Shown here one piece after another: positions 9,801-18,288 of a stretch of DNA of 53,633 bases. The stretch is taken from positions 1 to 53,633 of IMG/VR virus record IMGVR_UViG_3300034039_000013; one strand, written 5' to 3'. Source of the stretch: a virus (taxonomy: Duplodnaviria > Caudoviricetes). Position 1 is the first letter of the stretch. Each line of letters begins with the position of its first letter. Under the pieces are notes generated by a model that ran no database searches, had not been told where the DNA came from, and worked only from the letters and a program-made list of their open reading frames with translations. Position numbers and translations under genes: made by a program.

Positions 9801-10389
9801 TATCGCGCTCAACCAAGCTTTGCCGATTGAAGAGGCGGAGCAAATGTATAACGCCGTAGTTGACGAGTATGCAGGTATTACAGCTTGGCAAGAGCGTATA
9901 GCGACAATTGCCAAGCGAGAGGGGATGGTTAAAACCGCGTACGGCAACATTCGCCACGTAACCGACGACATCTTCTCAGAAGATCAATCTCGGTACTCTA
10001 GAATGTTGCGCCAAGCTGCGAACTCCACAATTCAAGGATGTGCAGCAGACATTCTGGCCGTTGTGTTGAGAGAGATGCGTGATCGTAAATTGCTGGAGCG
10101 CACTCATTCTGTACTTATGGCCCCTGTGTACGACGAAATTGCATCCCTGGTGCCTGTGTCGAAAGTATGGGAATACGTATCAGAGATGGTAGACATTATG
10201 GAAGTCACACCACCTGGACACGTAGTACCCATGGAGGCGGACGTATCTTTGGGGCATACTTGGGGAGACCAAATCGAGCTTGGTGTACGTCCGAGCAAAG
10301 AAGAGGTCGAAGAAGCTGCTAAAAAGGCGGCAGAAGAAATGAAAGAGTATCTTAACGAGATAGAAGCCTTCTATAAGGAGCAACAATGA
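6850..10389 (+). CDS. polA: Family A DNA polymerase with 5'-3' exonuclease, 3'-5' exonuclease and polymerase domains
   Basis: FEN motifs EYKANR, EADD, GDSSDGYPGIKGFG; ExoI LDFET, ExoIII YGCDD; motif A DFSQQELR, motif B KPVNFAIVYG, motif C VYDE. Confidence 0.95.
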   Translation: MQVIDATDALKSLKEICQNPDKDLLLIDARGQALRCLLGGKDPDGLTDENGNNCNSAEFGVRNFLQYVLLPAIDEYGVHNIIMVWEGGNDRRRAIFPEYKANRKEPTELVSQEIERCLKYIKSLAAGLGILQCAAPTCEADDLIALFCESVDRNIDIMTNDADLAQLVRDYDNKVVTVIVGENVITDEYKGIPTHLIALYKSLVGDSSDGYPGIKGFGQKAWDSLVEEYGWDGLEELDRIVASQDFKALDEVEMNAALKKIHANVQQWWKSYLLAKLHPEWVGKPFMGKTRPIQWFQRVPNKARVQTVLEAVGVPEILEDLEVVLPNYLLVDSEVYDSEFEKELYKEIKNSPFIALDFETYDPEDPYGNEKRQSVDVLSHVATGASLTFGANLENTVYLTFRHKDSYNLDRSVLTKIIEKANEYEVPVVAHSSQFELEILHHDFNVQPKVHYDTQHMARFAEENKPNDLKSLSFEWLKYKQKTYSETVGDKGHMANLTAEEAAFPYGCDDAIVTAMLYKLFTIILQVEGTLKFYQENIPAAQEVMLNSRRQGVYVSIPHLKEYEQDDNKEFEECMGKLKPLLAKHCAQGPKRAAVHRFLNADFVPYMQATITDPKALEEKIEKEAEAIISYCTYTDYEVHEEEPNWVPTPTKFSAACAKLGLPPVEKINVTYISEYIEGLTQDETIELTADQRKFLRLLGEAAASLRSRKGREYEALKKFCIKVTGMKGKLIETGTKIDLGSPKKMQWLLYVMLDLPVRVRSDVAYGSKRHKLGLEGSPATDAKAISAALAFDVKDGDWRKEALELIKKMKDINTRRSFYFKSYPELVSKKDGRMHPSFSLVSTVTRRPTCTAPNILQVSSGKDDFRLRKCFSGAYTEKVTGYDDTYLVVCIDFSQQELRILASECKDEKLIRCYVGDPDQRLDVHTLSTVSIYNKTHSKPITYEQAVKEMKEETELGKELSLIRKKKAKPVNFAIVYGGTEHTIALNQALPIEEAEQMYNAVVDEYAGITAWQERIATIAKREGMVKTAYGNIRHVTDDIFSEDQSRYSRMLRQAANSTIQGCAADILAVVLREMRDRKLLERTHSVLMAPVYDEIASLVPVSKVWEYVSEMVDIMEVTPPGHVVPMEADVSLGHTWGDQIELGVRPSKEEVEEAAKKAAEEMKEYLNEIEAFYKEQQ

Positions 10390-11129
10390 GAGAGTACGTC
10401 ATAATTTACGACCTTGAAACCACTGGACGCGACCAACAAACGGCTGCCCCTGTACAGGTGGCAGCCCTATTAAAGTATGGTCGTCGAAAAGTACAACCAG
10501 TGATGAACACCTACGTGAACCCGAATCAGGAGATTTCCAAGGAAGCGTCGGAAGTTCACGGGATCACGCAAAGTGTGGTGCAAAGCTACCCGCCTGCTGA
10601 GGTAGCCATGTTCATGCTTGAATCTTATATAGAATGCCTTAACGCCGAGGTTATTATCGCGGGGCACAACCACATTAGCTACGATAATGTTGTAGCCGTA
10701 AGGTCAGGCTGGGAAGAGGTTCTTAAATACGGGCAGATAGATACATTACGTATAGCTAGGCGTCTTATGCCTGATAGTGCCACTCATCAGTTGTCTGATT
10801 TGTACGAGATTATCACTGGAGATAAACTCACTGACGCGCACGATGCTATGGCCGATATTAAAGCTGTATCCGTGCTGATTGATGAGTTTATGGATAAATT
10901 AGGATTCGGCACATATTCAGAGCTTGCCAAGTATTGCGAAACACCGCAGCCTTGGCAAATTATGCCTATAAGCAAGAAGCATAAAGGAAAGCACGTATCC
11001 CAAGTGCCTATGAATTTCTGGCTCTGGATGTGTAAGAACACAGATATGTTCTATCAAGACTGCGACTTCCGAGCCACGATCGAGTTAGTAGCGCCTGAGC
11101 TTTACGAGGAGATGGTAGAGCGTGAGTAA
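10386..11129 (+). CDS. DEDDh 3'-5' exonuclease (DnaQ/ExoX-like)
   Basis: YDLETTG, HNHISYD, HDAMAD; C-terminal MPISKKHKG...VP...W ExoX-like tail. Confidence 0.88.
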   Translation: MREYVIIYDLETTGRDQQTAAPVQVAALLKYGRRKVQPVMNTYVNPNQEISKEASEVHGITQSVVQSYPPAEVAMFMLESYIECLNAEVIIAGHNHISYDNVVAVRSGWEEVLKYGQIDTLRIARRLMPDSATHQLSDLYEIITGDKLTDAHDAMADIKAVSVLIDEFMDKLGFGTYSELAKYCETPQPWQIMPISKKHKGKHVSQVPMNFWLWMCKNTDMFYQDCDFRATIELVAPELYEEMVERE

Positions 11130-11595
11130 TTACGGTAAAGTCGGTTACGATTTCGAAGACGCTATAAAGCGACTATCAAAAGAATTGCAAAAGAAATACA
11201 AGGCCGACTTCTACAGGTATCCAGATTTCAAGTCTACCGGCTTGAAAGGGTACGCAAAAAAGGCTCCGGCAGACTTTTATGTACTTATAGAGGGCGTATT
11301 CTCAAAGATTGAGTGTAAAGCCTCTAACAAGTACAAGAGCTTAAGAGAGTGCTTGAAGTCTATGTTGGAGCCTCACCAAGTAGCAGAGCTAAGGAAGGCT
11401 AAAATGGCTGGAGGTAAGGGCTTTGTATTCTTTTACTCTAAGGTAGCAGGGGTAGTAGAAGTATGGGATATCTCTACCATTTCAGAAGTCTACTATAAGG
11501 AGAGAGGGAGGTTGACTAAAGAACATGAACCAGTGATGACGACCACATTGAAAGATTTAGTTGAGGATGTTGTACCGATTCTGATTAACGAGTAA
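11122..11595 (+). CDS. PD-(D/E)XK nuclease, RecU-like Holliday junction resolvase
   Basis: GYDFE...PADF...IECK...HQ pattern. Confidence 0.7.
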   Translation: MSNYGKVGYDFEDAIKRLSKELQKKYKADFYRYPDFKSTGLKGYAKKAPADFYVLIEGVFSKIECKASNKYKSLRECLKSMLEPHQVAELRKAKMAGGKGFVFFYSKVAGVVEVWDISTISEVYYKERGRLTKEHEPVMTTTLKDLVEDVVPILINE

Positions 11596-11608
11596 TGGGA
11601 GGCACACC

Positions 11609-12667
11609 ATGATTGTACTTGCAAGTGATTACCACATCGGGAAAATTCTCAAATCTCACAGTTCTGAAAAGTCTAGACAAGCTTTGCAAGCCAGACTTGT
11701 CGAACAGGTGAGAAAAGTTGTTGAGCACGCCAAAAGGGAGGACGCCTTTCTGATTTGTGGAGGCGATCTGTTTGATCGTTTCCAAAACTCAGAAAAAATT
11801 GTTCTCGAAGGGTTTGAACTGGCTAAACACCACGATTTGGTGCTGACAGGCAACCATGACATGAGAAATAACTCGGAGCTAGTAAGCAGTGCAGACTTGA
11901 TTAAAGCTGTACTTGGCAAAAAGGTTTGTAAAGCTCCTGAGTTCGATAGGCCGTATTACGAGGTGTACACCACAAAAGCCGGTACAGATGTGGTCGCCGT
12001 ACCTCACCACTTAACACAAGAACTGTTCGAGCACGCTTTGCTTGATGCGGCTGAGTACGCCAAAGAATCTGACGCTAAGCTCAAAATTATAGTCTTGCAC
12101 TGCAACTATGAGCTATCTTTCGAAGCGTCAGATTCGACCTTGAACCTAACAAGGGACTTGGCCCGCCAACTGCTCGACAGTGGTTTTGACTACATATTTA
12201 TGGGTCACGAGCACGCTCCGGCTAAACATTTAGGCGGACGGTTGGTAGTCATGGGTAATACCCACCCGACTTCGTTTGCAGACATAAGCGATAAGTACTT
12301 CTATACGCTGGATGAGGAAACGGGAGAGTTGGAAAAACACGTACTATGGAAAGAGAGTAAAAACTTCAAGAAGTTGGACGTGCTTGACCTTGACGATTAC
12401 ATAGCATCCGATGAGATTCATGAGTTCGTCCAAATCGAAGGACATATTAAAGCCGAACAACTGCCTTCAGTTAATAAGCAGTTGCTAGGGCTGTGGCGGG
12501 CCAAGCCAGATATGTTTGCGGCCAAGCCTTCCTATGAGGTAGAGGGTCGAAACGTAGACAAGAAGGTGAACCTCAAAAGTATGGACGCCCTTCCAGACGT
12601 TATTATGAACGAGCTTTCGGGAGATATGAAAGAGTTGTTCGCTGAAATTTTGGGAGAAGTGAAATGA
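11609..12667 (+). CDS. sbcD: SbcD/Mre11-like metallophosphoesterase nuclease
   Basis: SDYH, GGDLFD, GNHD, GHEH motifs; adjacent to SbcC. Confidence 0.9.
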   Translation: MIVLASDYHIGKILKSHSSEKSRQALQARLVEQVRKVVEHAKREDAFLICGGDLFDRFQNSEKIVLEGFELAKHHDLVLTGNHDMRNNSELVSSADLIKAVLGKKVCKAPEFDRPYYEVYTTKAGTDVVAVPHHLTQELFEHALLDAAEYAKESDAKLKIIVLHCNYELSFEASDSTLNLTRDLARQLLDSGFDYIFMGHEHAPAKHLGGRLVVMGNTHPTSFADISDKYFYTLDEETGELEKHVLWKESKNFKKLDVLDLDDYIASDEIHEFVQIEGHIKAEQLPSVNKQLLGLWRAKPDMFAAKPSYEVEGRNVDKKVNLKSMDALPDVIMNELSGDMKELFAEILGEVK

Positions 12668-14862
12668 TTAAGAGCGTAACGTTAAAAAATTTCAAACGGC
12701 ATAAGTCTTTGACTTTGGACTTCACCGGCGGTTTCAACGTTATTATGGGGCAGAACAGCGCGGGCAAGTCTACTGTTCTTAACGCTATTGCGTTTGCTTT
12801 GTACGGGAGTTCGGCCATTCCTGGAACCACAGACACTCTAGTCACGAAAGGTGAAAAGAGTATGTCTGTCTCTGTGACGTTGCAAATTGGCGGTGACGAG
12901 TTCGAGATTACAAGGACTGCTAAATCCGCTGCGGTAAAGAAAAACGGTGAGATGATTGCCAGCGGGGCGGCCCCCGTATCTGAGTGGGTGCATAAGACAT
13001 TTAACGCAAACGTAGAGGAGTTCTTGACGTTTACATATTCACGTCAGGGTGAAACCGCTGCACTTCTTACTTTAGGGGCAACGAAGTTCCAAAAGAAGAT
13101 AGAGCAGATGGCTAAGGTTGACCTGATTGAAAAGGTCATTTCTAAGTTGTCTGATAAGACTAAGCACTGGAACGGAATGCTGGAAGGGCTACAGGTAGAA
13201 GATATTGAAGCGCTTGAATCAGAGCTTGAAGAGGTAAAGTCTGCATATAAGAGGGACTTTGAACTTCATAAAACTCACCAAGATGCTCTGAAAGTTTTGA
13301 CTGACAACCGAAGCGAGAAGGAGATTGTTTATAACAAATACAAAGAGTTAGAAGAAGAACTTGAAGTACTGTCTGAGAAAAAAGCAGACATAGTTCGTAC
13401 TATAAAGACTGTCGACGAGGTTATCGAGGACTGCCTTATCGACCTGCAAGAGATTCCTGAAGATTGTGAAGGTCGGTTGAAGGTGGTGAATGAGACCATA
13501 ACCACCTCCAAGAAGCAGCTAAGAGATGCCGAACTGTTCAAAGAGAAAGTAGACAGGATAGAGGCTAAGATTGAGGAAGTTGAAAATTGGCTTAATGAGG
13601 AAGGCTACCCATCTATGGAGCGATATGAGGAAGTTAAGCCAGATTTGGACGAGGCTCACCGACTCGTTGAACAATATACTAACGAGCTACAGGAGTTTAA
13701 AAACGAAGTCTCAGCAAAGAGAAAGGAGTTACAAGACAAAGAAAACGAGTTAAAAAGCGGAGTGTGCCAAGCCTGCGGTCGTCCTTTTGAAACCTTCGAC
13801 CCAAATAAGGTGGAGAGCGAAATCGACCAAATCAAGCAGGAGTTAGCCCACCTTGAAGTTAAAATTGAGGCCGCTGAGGCCAGCTTGTCGGCTAGCAAAA
13901 AGACAATAAAAGACCTAGAAGAATACGTCAATGACGTATACAAACTTGGAGTCGTGGAAGTCGTGGAATCGCAGCGTGAAGCACACATCAGGCTTAAGAC
14001 ACAACTGTCTAACCTGTACAGTGGAGATGTTCCGGCTGCAAATGTAGAGGACTTGAGAAAGTCTATAGAGCTTCTAGAAGCGCAGAGAACTGAACTTCAG
14101 GCGTTGGCCAACAAGAAAGAAATGCTTACAGACACTATTGAAAGCAACCGTCGCAAAAAGGCTAAGCTTCAAGCAAACCTGAAGTCTATAGTACTCGACA
14201 TTGAGGCTGTTATGTCAGAGCTACCAGAAAAGGTAGACAAAGCACATCTTGAAAATGAAATCGCAGAGCTAACTAAGAAGATAAACGTACACGAGAAAGC
14301 GTTGTGGGAGCTTGCACCCAAGATTCAAATGCAAGTGGACAAGATAAAAGCGCTCAAAGCCAGCTTGGAGAAGGCCAAAACCGCTGACAAAAAGCGCAGA
14401 GATGTTGAAAAGCGTATATCCTTGGCTAAGGAGCTTTCAACGTTCCTGAAGAAGCGTCGGATGTCGTACATGGAGAACATCTGGGATGTTATCCTTAGCA
14501 CGGCGTCAGAGATAGTAGCTAACGCTACATCCGAGATGGAGAACCCGATTGATCGAGTGTTGATCGACGACAAAGGCAAGTTCATGTTTGAGTCTGGAGG
14601 TAACGTGTTCTACGTTCAGGGTGGAGCAGGCGGGTGTCAGCTAGAAATGTTAGGAGTTGCTATGAGATTAGCGCTTTCTAATGTATTCTATGAAGATGAC
14701 GTAGGGTTTATGATGCTTGACGAGGCTAGCAGTCAGATGAGCGACGACAACGCTATCAACTTAGCATCTATGTTGGCTTCTACAGGCAAGCAAATCCTGT
14801 ACGTAACTCACAGAAAAACAGAACAGTTGTCAGCTGGAAATGTTATAACTTTAGGAGCTTGA
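12664..14862 (+). CDS. sbcC: SbcC/Rad50-like ATPase
   Basis: LKNFKRH, Walker A GQNSAGKST, coiled coil with central CQAC zinc hook, Walker B MLDE, YVTH. Confidence 0.92.
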   Translation: MIKSVTLKNFKRHKSLTLDFTGGFNVIMGQNSAGKSTVLNAIAFALYGSSAIPGTTDTLVTKGEKSMSVSVTLQIGGDEFEITRTAKSAAVKKNGEMIASGAAPVSEWVHKTFNANVEEFLTFTYSRQGETAALLTLGATKFQKKIEQMAKVDLIEKVISKLSDKTKHWNGMLEGLQVEDIEALESELEEVKSAYKRDFELHKTHQDALKVLTDNRSEKEIVYNKYKELEEELEVLSEKKADIVRTIKTVDEVIEDCLIDLQEIPEDCEGRLKVVNETITTSKKQLRDAELFKEKVDRIEAKIEEVENWLNEEGYPSMERYEEVKPDLDEAHRLVEQYTNELQEFKNEVSAKRKELQDKENELKSGVCQACGRPFETFDPNKVESEIDQIKQELAHLEVKIEAAEASLSASKKTIKDLEEYVNDVYKLGVVEVVESQREAHIRLKTQLSNLYSGDVPAANVEDLRKSIELLEAQRTELQALANKKEMLTDTIESNRRKKAKLQANLKSIVLDIEAVMSELPEKVDKAHLENEIAELTKKINVHEKALWELAPKIQMQVDKIKALKASLEKAKTADKKRRDVEKRISLAKELSTFLKKRRMSYMENIWDVILSTASEIVANATSEMENPIDRVLIDDKGKFMFESGGNVFYVQGGAGGCQLEMLGVAMRLALSNVFYEDDVGFMMLDEASSQMSDDNAINLASMLASTGKQILYVTHRKTEQLSAGNVITLGA

Positions 14863-14863
14863 C

Positions 14864-15346
14864 ATGGATTTTAACAGTTATCAGAAGATTTGCGAAGAAG
14901 TACATAAACGAGAAGATGCACAACTGTTAGATAACAAACAGGCGGCAGTCCTACTTGGACTGTCCGCCACCGCCGTTGAGGTAGGATATACTTTGAATGT
15001 GTTAAAGAAACAACTATACCAATATGACAAAAGTCTTAACATAGATTGGGACCACTTGGAAGAAGTTGCTGAGGACGTATCCCCGATGATTCTCACTGAA
15101 TCTCAATCGGCAAAAATACATGCTGTCCTAGGGGCGTTAGGAGAAATCACCAGCCTATTGAAGATGACTATAATCGAAGCGAAGATAAATAAAGACCCGG
15201 ATCCAGCTACTATAAAGAACGAAATAGGAGACTGCCTGTACTATCTAGCCAGGCTAGCCTCGTCATACGATCTCAGCTTGGAAGATTGCGCTAAGCACAA
15301 TAAAAATAAGGTTACACAATTCGCAGAACGCGAACCCCAGCGCTAG
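14864..15346 (+). CDS. MazG-like NTP pyrophosphohydrolase
   Basis: MDFNSYQ start, LGALGE, EIGDCLYY, SLEDCAKHN. Confidence 0.7.
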   Translation: MDFNSYQKICEEVHKREDAQLLDNKQAAVLLGLSATAVEVGYTLNVLKKQLYQYDKSLNIDWDHLEEVAEDVSPMILTESQSAKIHAVLGALGEITSLLKMTIIEAKINKDPDPATIKNEIGDCLYYLARLASSYDLSLEDCAKHNKNKVTQFAEREPQR

Positions 15347-16040
15347 AAACTTCTTTCACCAGTCCGTCAGGTTTAAAGGGTACCGAAAGGTACTCTTTTA
15401 TTATTACTTCGTCTATGTCAAATTGCTGCTTATATAACACCAGCCGCTCTTTAAAAGAAGAATAACAGGAGCTTACGGCGTGCAAGTATGCTTTATCCTC
15501 CACTGAAATAAACGCAGGGTTCTTCTTCAAGTCCTTTTCCTTTATCAAATGATCACACTCTTGCAAGGTAAACAAGGCTTCTTGCAAGAAGCTGTTTATA
15601 TTGCATATACAAGCCGCGAAAGCAGGTGTAGGCGTTGTGTTGTACAGGTCTAGAGAGACCCCTTGAACTAACCTCTCTAAGTTCTTGCATGTTGCAGCGT
15701 AGAATAGGTTAATAAGGTCATAATCCAAGTCTGCTGGGCTTTCTTTAATAAGAAGGAGAAGATCGTCTTGGCTATCCTTGCACATCTTAATAATGTTATC
15801 CAAATCTTTTCCAGAAAGAATTGATCCTGTTGGCATCTCTAACAAATAGCGTTCTATGCTTTCGGCACAGTCCGACCAAAGGTCATAAGTTACAGCCATA
15901 CAAGTCTGAGCAGTCTCTGAGAATCTATAAGCCGAGGAGTATGCTACATCCATAAGTATTTGAGCCTGACGCAAACGAAAATCAGCCAGAGCTTTACTGG
16001 CGACAATCCTATACTTCAGATGATTGGTCACTATCTTCAT
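15312..16040 (-). CDS. Hypothetical helical protein, last gene of the late arm
   Basis: ATG at 16040 overlaps the upstream stop (ATGA); overlaps the MazG gene convergently by 35 nt. Confidence 0.65.
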   Translation of the reverse strand: MKIVTNHLKYRIVASKALADFRLRQAQILMDVAYSSAYRFSETAQTCMAVTYDLWSDCAESIERYLLEMPTGSILSGKDLDNIIKMCKDSQDDLLLLIKESPADLDYDLINLFYAATCKNLERLVQGVSLDLYNTTPTPAFAACICNINSFLQEALFTLQECDHLIKEKDLKKNPAFISVEDKAYLHAVSSCYSSFKERLVLYKQQFDIDEVIIKEYLSVPFKPDGLVKEVSSAGVRVLRIV

Positions 16041-16462
16041 TTCACACCTCGGACTGAACCGGACACAGCTACGTGTATACAACCCTTTAACTCAGCTAAC
16101 ACCGCTTTCAACTCCTGAAGCTCGTACAGGGTTCGGTTGAGAGCGACAACCAATTCTTTTTGATGGTCTCGCATCAAACCTTCCGACCGCTCTTTTGCTT
16201 TATTCATAACTTTCTGTTGTTCTTGTAGTTTAGCATTGATAGCTTTATATTGGTCAGCCAAATCTTGTATATGTTTGTCTATCTTGTGCTCCAAGTTTGC
16301 GATCTCTTGAGAAACTTGCTGGATAGTCTTCTTATGTCTATACGGGTGCCGCTTTTCCAGCAGCCAGAAGAAGAAGACAGAGATAGCGCCTGGAAGAACG
16401 ACCAACATGAGGATCGGGTACTTATCTACAAGCGAAAAGATGAGCTTAGTAAGAACATCCAT
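16037..16462 (-). CDS. Single-TM coiled-coil membrane protein (holin/antiholin candidate)
   Basis: Hydrophobic ILMLVVLPGAISVFFFWLL then coiled coil; follows the spanins. Confidence 0.5.
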   Translation of the reverse strand: MDVLTKLIFSLVDKYPILMLVVLPGAISVFFFWLLEKRHPYRHKKTIQQVSQEIANLEHKIDKHIQDLADQYKAINAKLQEQQKVMNKAKERSEGLMRDHQKELVVALNRTLYELQELKAVLAELKGCIHVAVSGSVRGVK

Positions 16463-16830
16463 TATCTGGCCTCGGAATCTGAGCGGTTAAAATCGTTTAT
16501 GCAGGTTTTATAGTATTCTGCCACCTCATAATAGTATTTTAACAGATTCCGTATCCTGGCCAAGTTCTTAGACAGTGTTTCGTAGTCCTTTGGGGTCAGA
16601 GAAATCCAATAAGCTCCGTGCCCGTCTCTAGTTACAGTGGGGTTAATCTCTCCAAGCAAAACGTTAGGAGGTGAAGGCGGTGGTGGGCATTCAATCTTTA
16701 CTTTTATCGGAACTTCGACTGGACTCTTTACTGGCGAATTCTTGAAAAGAGTCGAACACCCGCTTAGTAGCAGAGCGGATGCGACGAGTGATGAGACCAG
16801 GTTTCTTTTTGACAAGCTCAGCAAAATCAT
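16462..16830 (-). CDS. o-spanin (Rz1-like lipoprotein)
   Basis: Lipobox LLLSGC, Pro-rich CPPPPSPP, overlaps the i-spanin in another frame. Confidence 0.8.
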   Translation of the reverse strand: MILLSLSKRNLVSSLVASALLLSGCSTLFKNSPVKSPVEVPIKVKIECPPPPSPPNVLLGEINPTVTRDGHGAYWISLTPKDYETLSKNLARIRNLLKYYYEVAEYYKTCINDFNRSDSEAR

Positions 16831-17125
16831 GATCCTCGAACAGTTTTGATAGCCTATCTACCTCAGCATGAGCAGAGTATAGCCTTTTGTTCAATTCTAT
16901 CACCCTTCTCTCTGCTTTTGCAGCGCGTTGTTTGGCCTCTCTAGCCTCTTTTTCCAGCTTTTTTAAAATCTCGGATTGCTTCTGATTTTCCTTTACAGCT
17001 TCCTCGTACTTGGCCCGCCACTGCCCTATCTCCTTCTCTAGCTTACTGACTTGGTAGGCTTTATACCCTAGGAACCCTACTACTGTTAGTACTACTGCCA
17101 GTATGCCGTAAAGCTTTAAATTCAT
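16691..17125 (-). CDS. i-spanin (Rz-like)
   Basis: N-terminal TM helix plus long coiled coil, upstream of an overlapping lipoprotein. Confidence 0.8.
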   Translation of the reverse strand: MNLKLYGILAVVLTVVGFLGYKAYQVSKLEKEIGQWRAKYEEAVKENQKQSEILKKLEKEAREAKQRAAKAERRVIELNKRLYSAHAEVDRLSKLFEDHDFAELVKKKPGLITRRIRSATKRVFDSFQEFASKESSRSSDKSKD

Positions 17126-17128
17126 CCT

Positions 17129-17446
17129 TTACTTGCCCACCTTAGAAGATACAGACTTAGCGGCCATAGCCCCTACGCTGTTAGCTATGTAACCAAGACC
17201 AAATGCGTTGAGCGATGTCAACTCGCCCATTTGGTACAAGATAACGAAACCGACTACTGCTCCGATTGTTGTAACGATGATTGAGTACCGGTTGTCCAGA
17301 AGGTATGCCTTAAAAGAGTTGTATTTATGCTTTCTTTCGTCTTTCTGAAAGGCTATGAAGTCCTGTATCGTGTACGATAGCAGGCCAAGTGCCATAAGTA
17401 CTAACGGGTGGGAGAAGAATGTTACAAACAGGTCAGTCAGGTTCAT
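17129..17446 (-). CDS. Putative holin
   Basis: 105 aa, 2-3 hydrophobic segments, basic C-terminus, between lysin candidate and spanins. Confidence 0.65.
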   Translation of the reverse strand: MNLTDLFVTFFSHPLVLMALGLLSYTIQDFIAFQKDERKHKYNSFKAYLLDNRYSIIVTTIGAVVGFVILYQMGELTSLNAFGLGYIANSVGAMAAKSVSSKVGK

Positions 17447-17958
17447 CTCAGCTTGGCACCTTTTGTTGTGACGATATTCAGGTATTTTATATCTTCTTGT
17501 CGTATATAAGAAAGGATTTTACCTACAGCTTTCCTAGAGTCTGCGACACCTAGGTCTAATTGCCCACCCTTAGATTTGTTAGCCAAAAGTTTCCTGCTCA
17601 TTCCGAATGCTATACACCCCTGCAACTGGTTAACAAAGTTGGCAGGGTGAATTAAACAGGCAAACCTGTCTAAACCTGCCTTTCGATCCTGGCTATTCTT
17701 GTATACATTTAGAGCGGGGTTTACCAGAGCAAAGGTGTCACCAAATTTATCAGACTGGAAAGGTTCTAGGGAATACAGCCCGTCTGGTATGCAAGATTTA
17801 TAAGGGCGATTGTGGTTCCAAGGCTGTTCTAAAGAGTAAAAGGCTTGGTTGTTAATGATAACAACCCCTTCTGTACGGTCAGGGGCGTAAGAGAATCGAG
17901 TAAGGGTAAGAATCTTACCCTTATTCAACAACTTCCTCAGTAATTCCGTCATCGTCAT
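17443..17958 (-). CDS. DUF5675-like putative endolysin (L,D-transpeptidase-like His/Cys)
   Basis: LTLTR...T.G...YSLE.PW...SCIP.G.Y...LIHPAN...QGCI pattern; position in the lysis cassette. Confidence 0.75.
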   Translation of the reverse strand: MTMTELLRKLLNKGKILTLTRFSYAPDRTEGVVIINNQAFYSLEQPWNHNRPYKSCIPDGLYSLEPFQSDKFGDTFALVNPALNVYKNSQDRKAGLDRFACLIHPANFVNQLQGCIAFGMSRKLLANKSKGGQLDLGVADSRKAVGKILSYIRQEDIKYLNIVTTKGAKLR

Positions 17959-18202
17959 CTTTCTTTGCTTCCGCAGCTACGCTGGCTTCAGCCATCTTAG
18001 CCAACTGCCCAGGTACGCAGGCTGTTTCTCCGGTAAGTAGCGACATAGCAAACGAGCAGCACTCTTGCCATGCTTGATAGTCCGCCATCGTAGCAGGCTT
18101 AAACGGGGGCGCTACTCCAGGTTTATTTAGGAACTCTAGGAGGTTGTGGCCGATGCGTTTGGTGGCCTCTAGAGCCGATTCGTTCTTGCTTTTTTCTGTC
18201 AT
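17921..18202 (-). CDS. Hypothetical protein
   Basis: 93 aa, AGGAG RBS. Confidence 0.65.
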   Translation of the reverse strand: MTEKSKNESALEATKRIGHNLLEFLNKPGVAPPFKPATMADYQAWQECCSFAMSLLTGETACVPGQLAKMAEASVAAEAKKDDDDGITEEVVE

Positions 18203-18253
18203 TCTTGTTTCTCCTGTAAATATAAATAGTGAATGCTAAATGCACCAAGGAAA

Positions 18254-18271
18254 TTGCTATTAGTATAGCAA
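18254..18271 (-). promoter_or_regulatory. Extended -10 promoter candidate inside an inverted repeat, upstream of the lysis cassette
   Basis: Minus strand TG-C-TATACT within TTGCTAT-N4-ATAGCAA. Confidence 0.45.
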
Positions 18272-18288
18272 CTGCTGTGAGTAGCATA

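Noticed and set aside
14859-14890. TTGACA promoter at the MazG start
   Set aside because: No acceptable -10 at 16-18 nt; TTGACA arises from stop plus start codons
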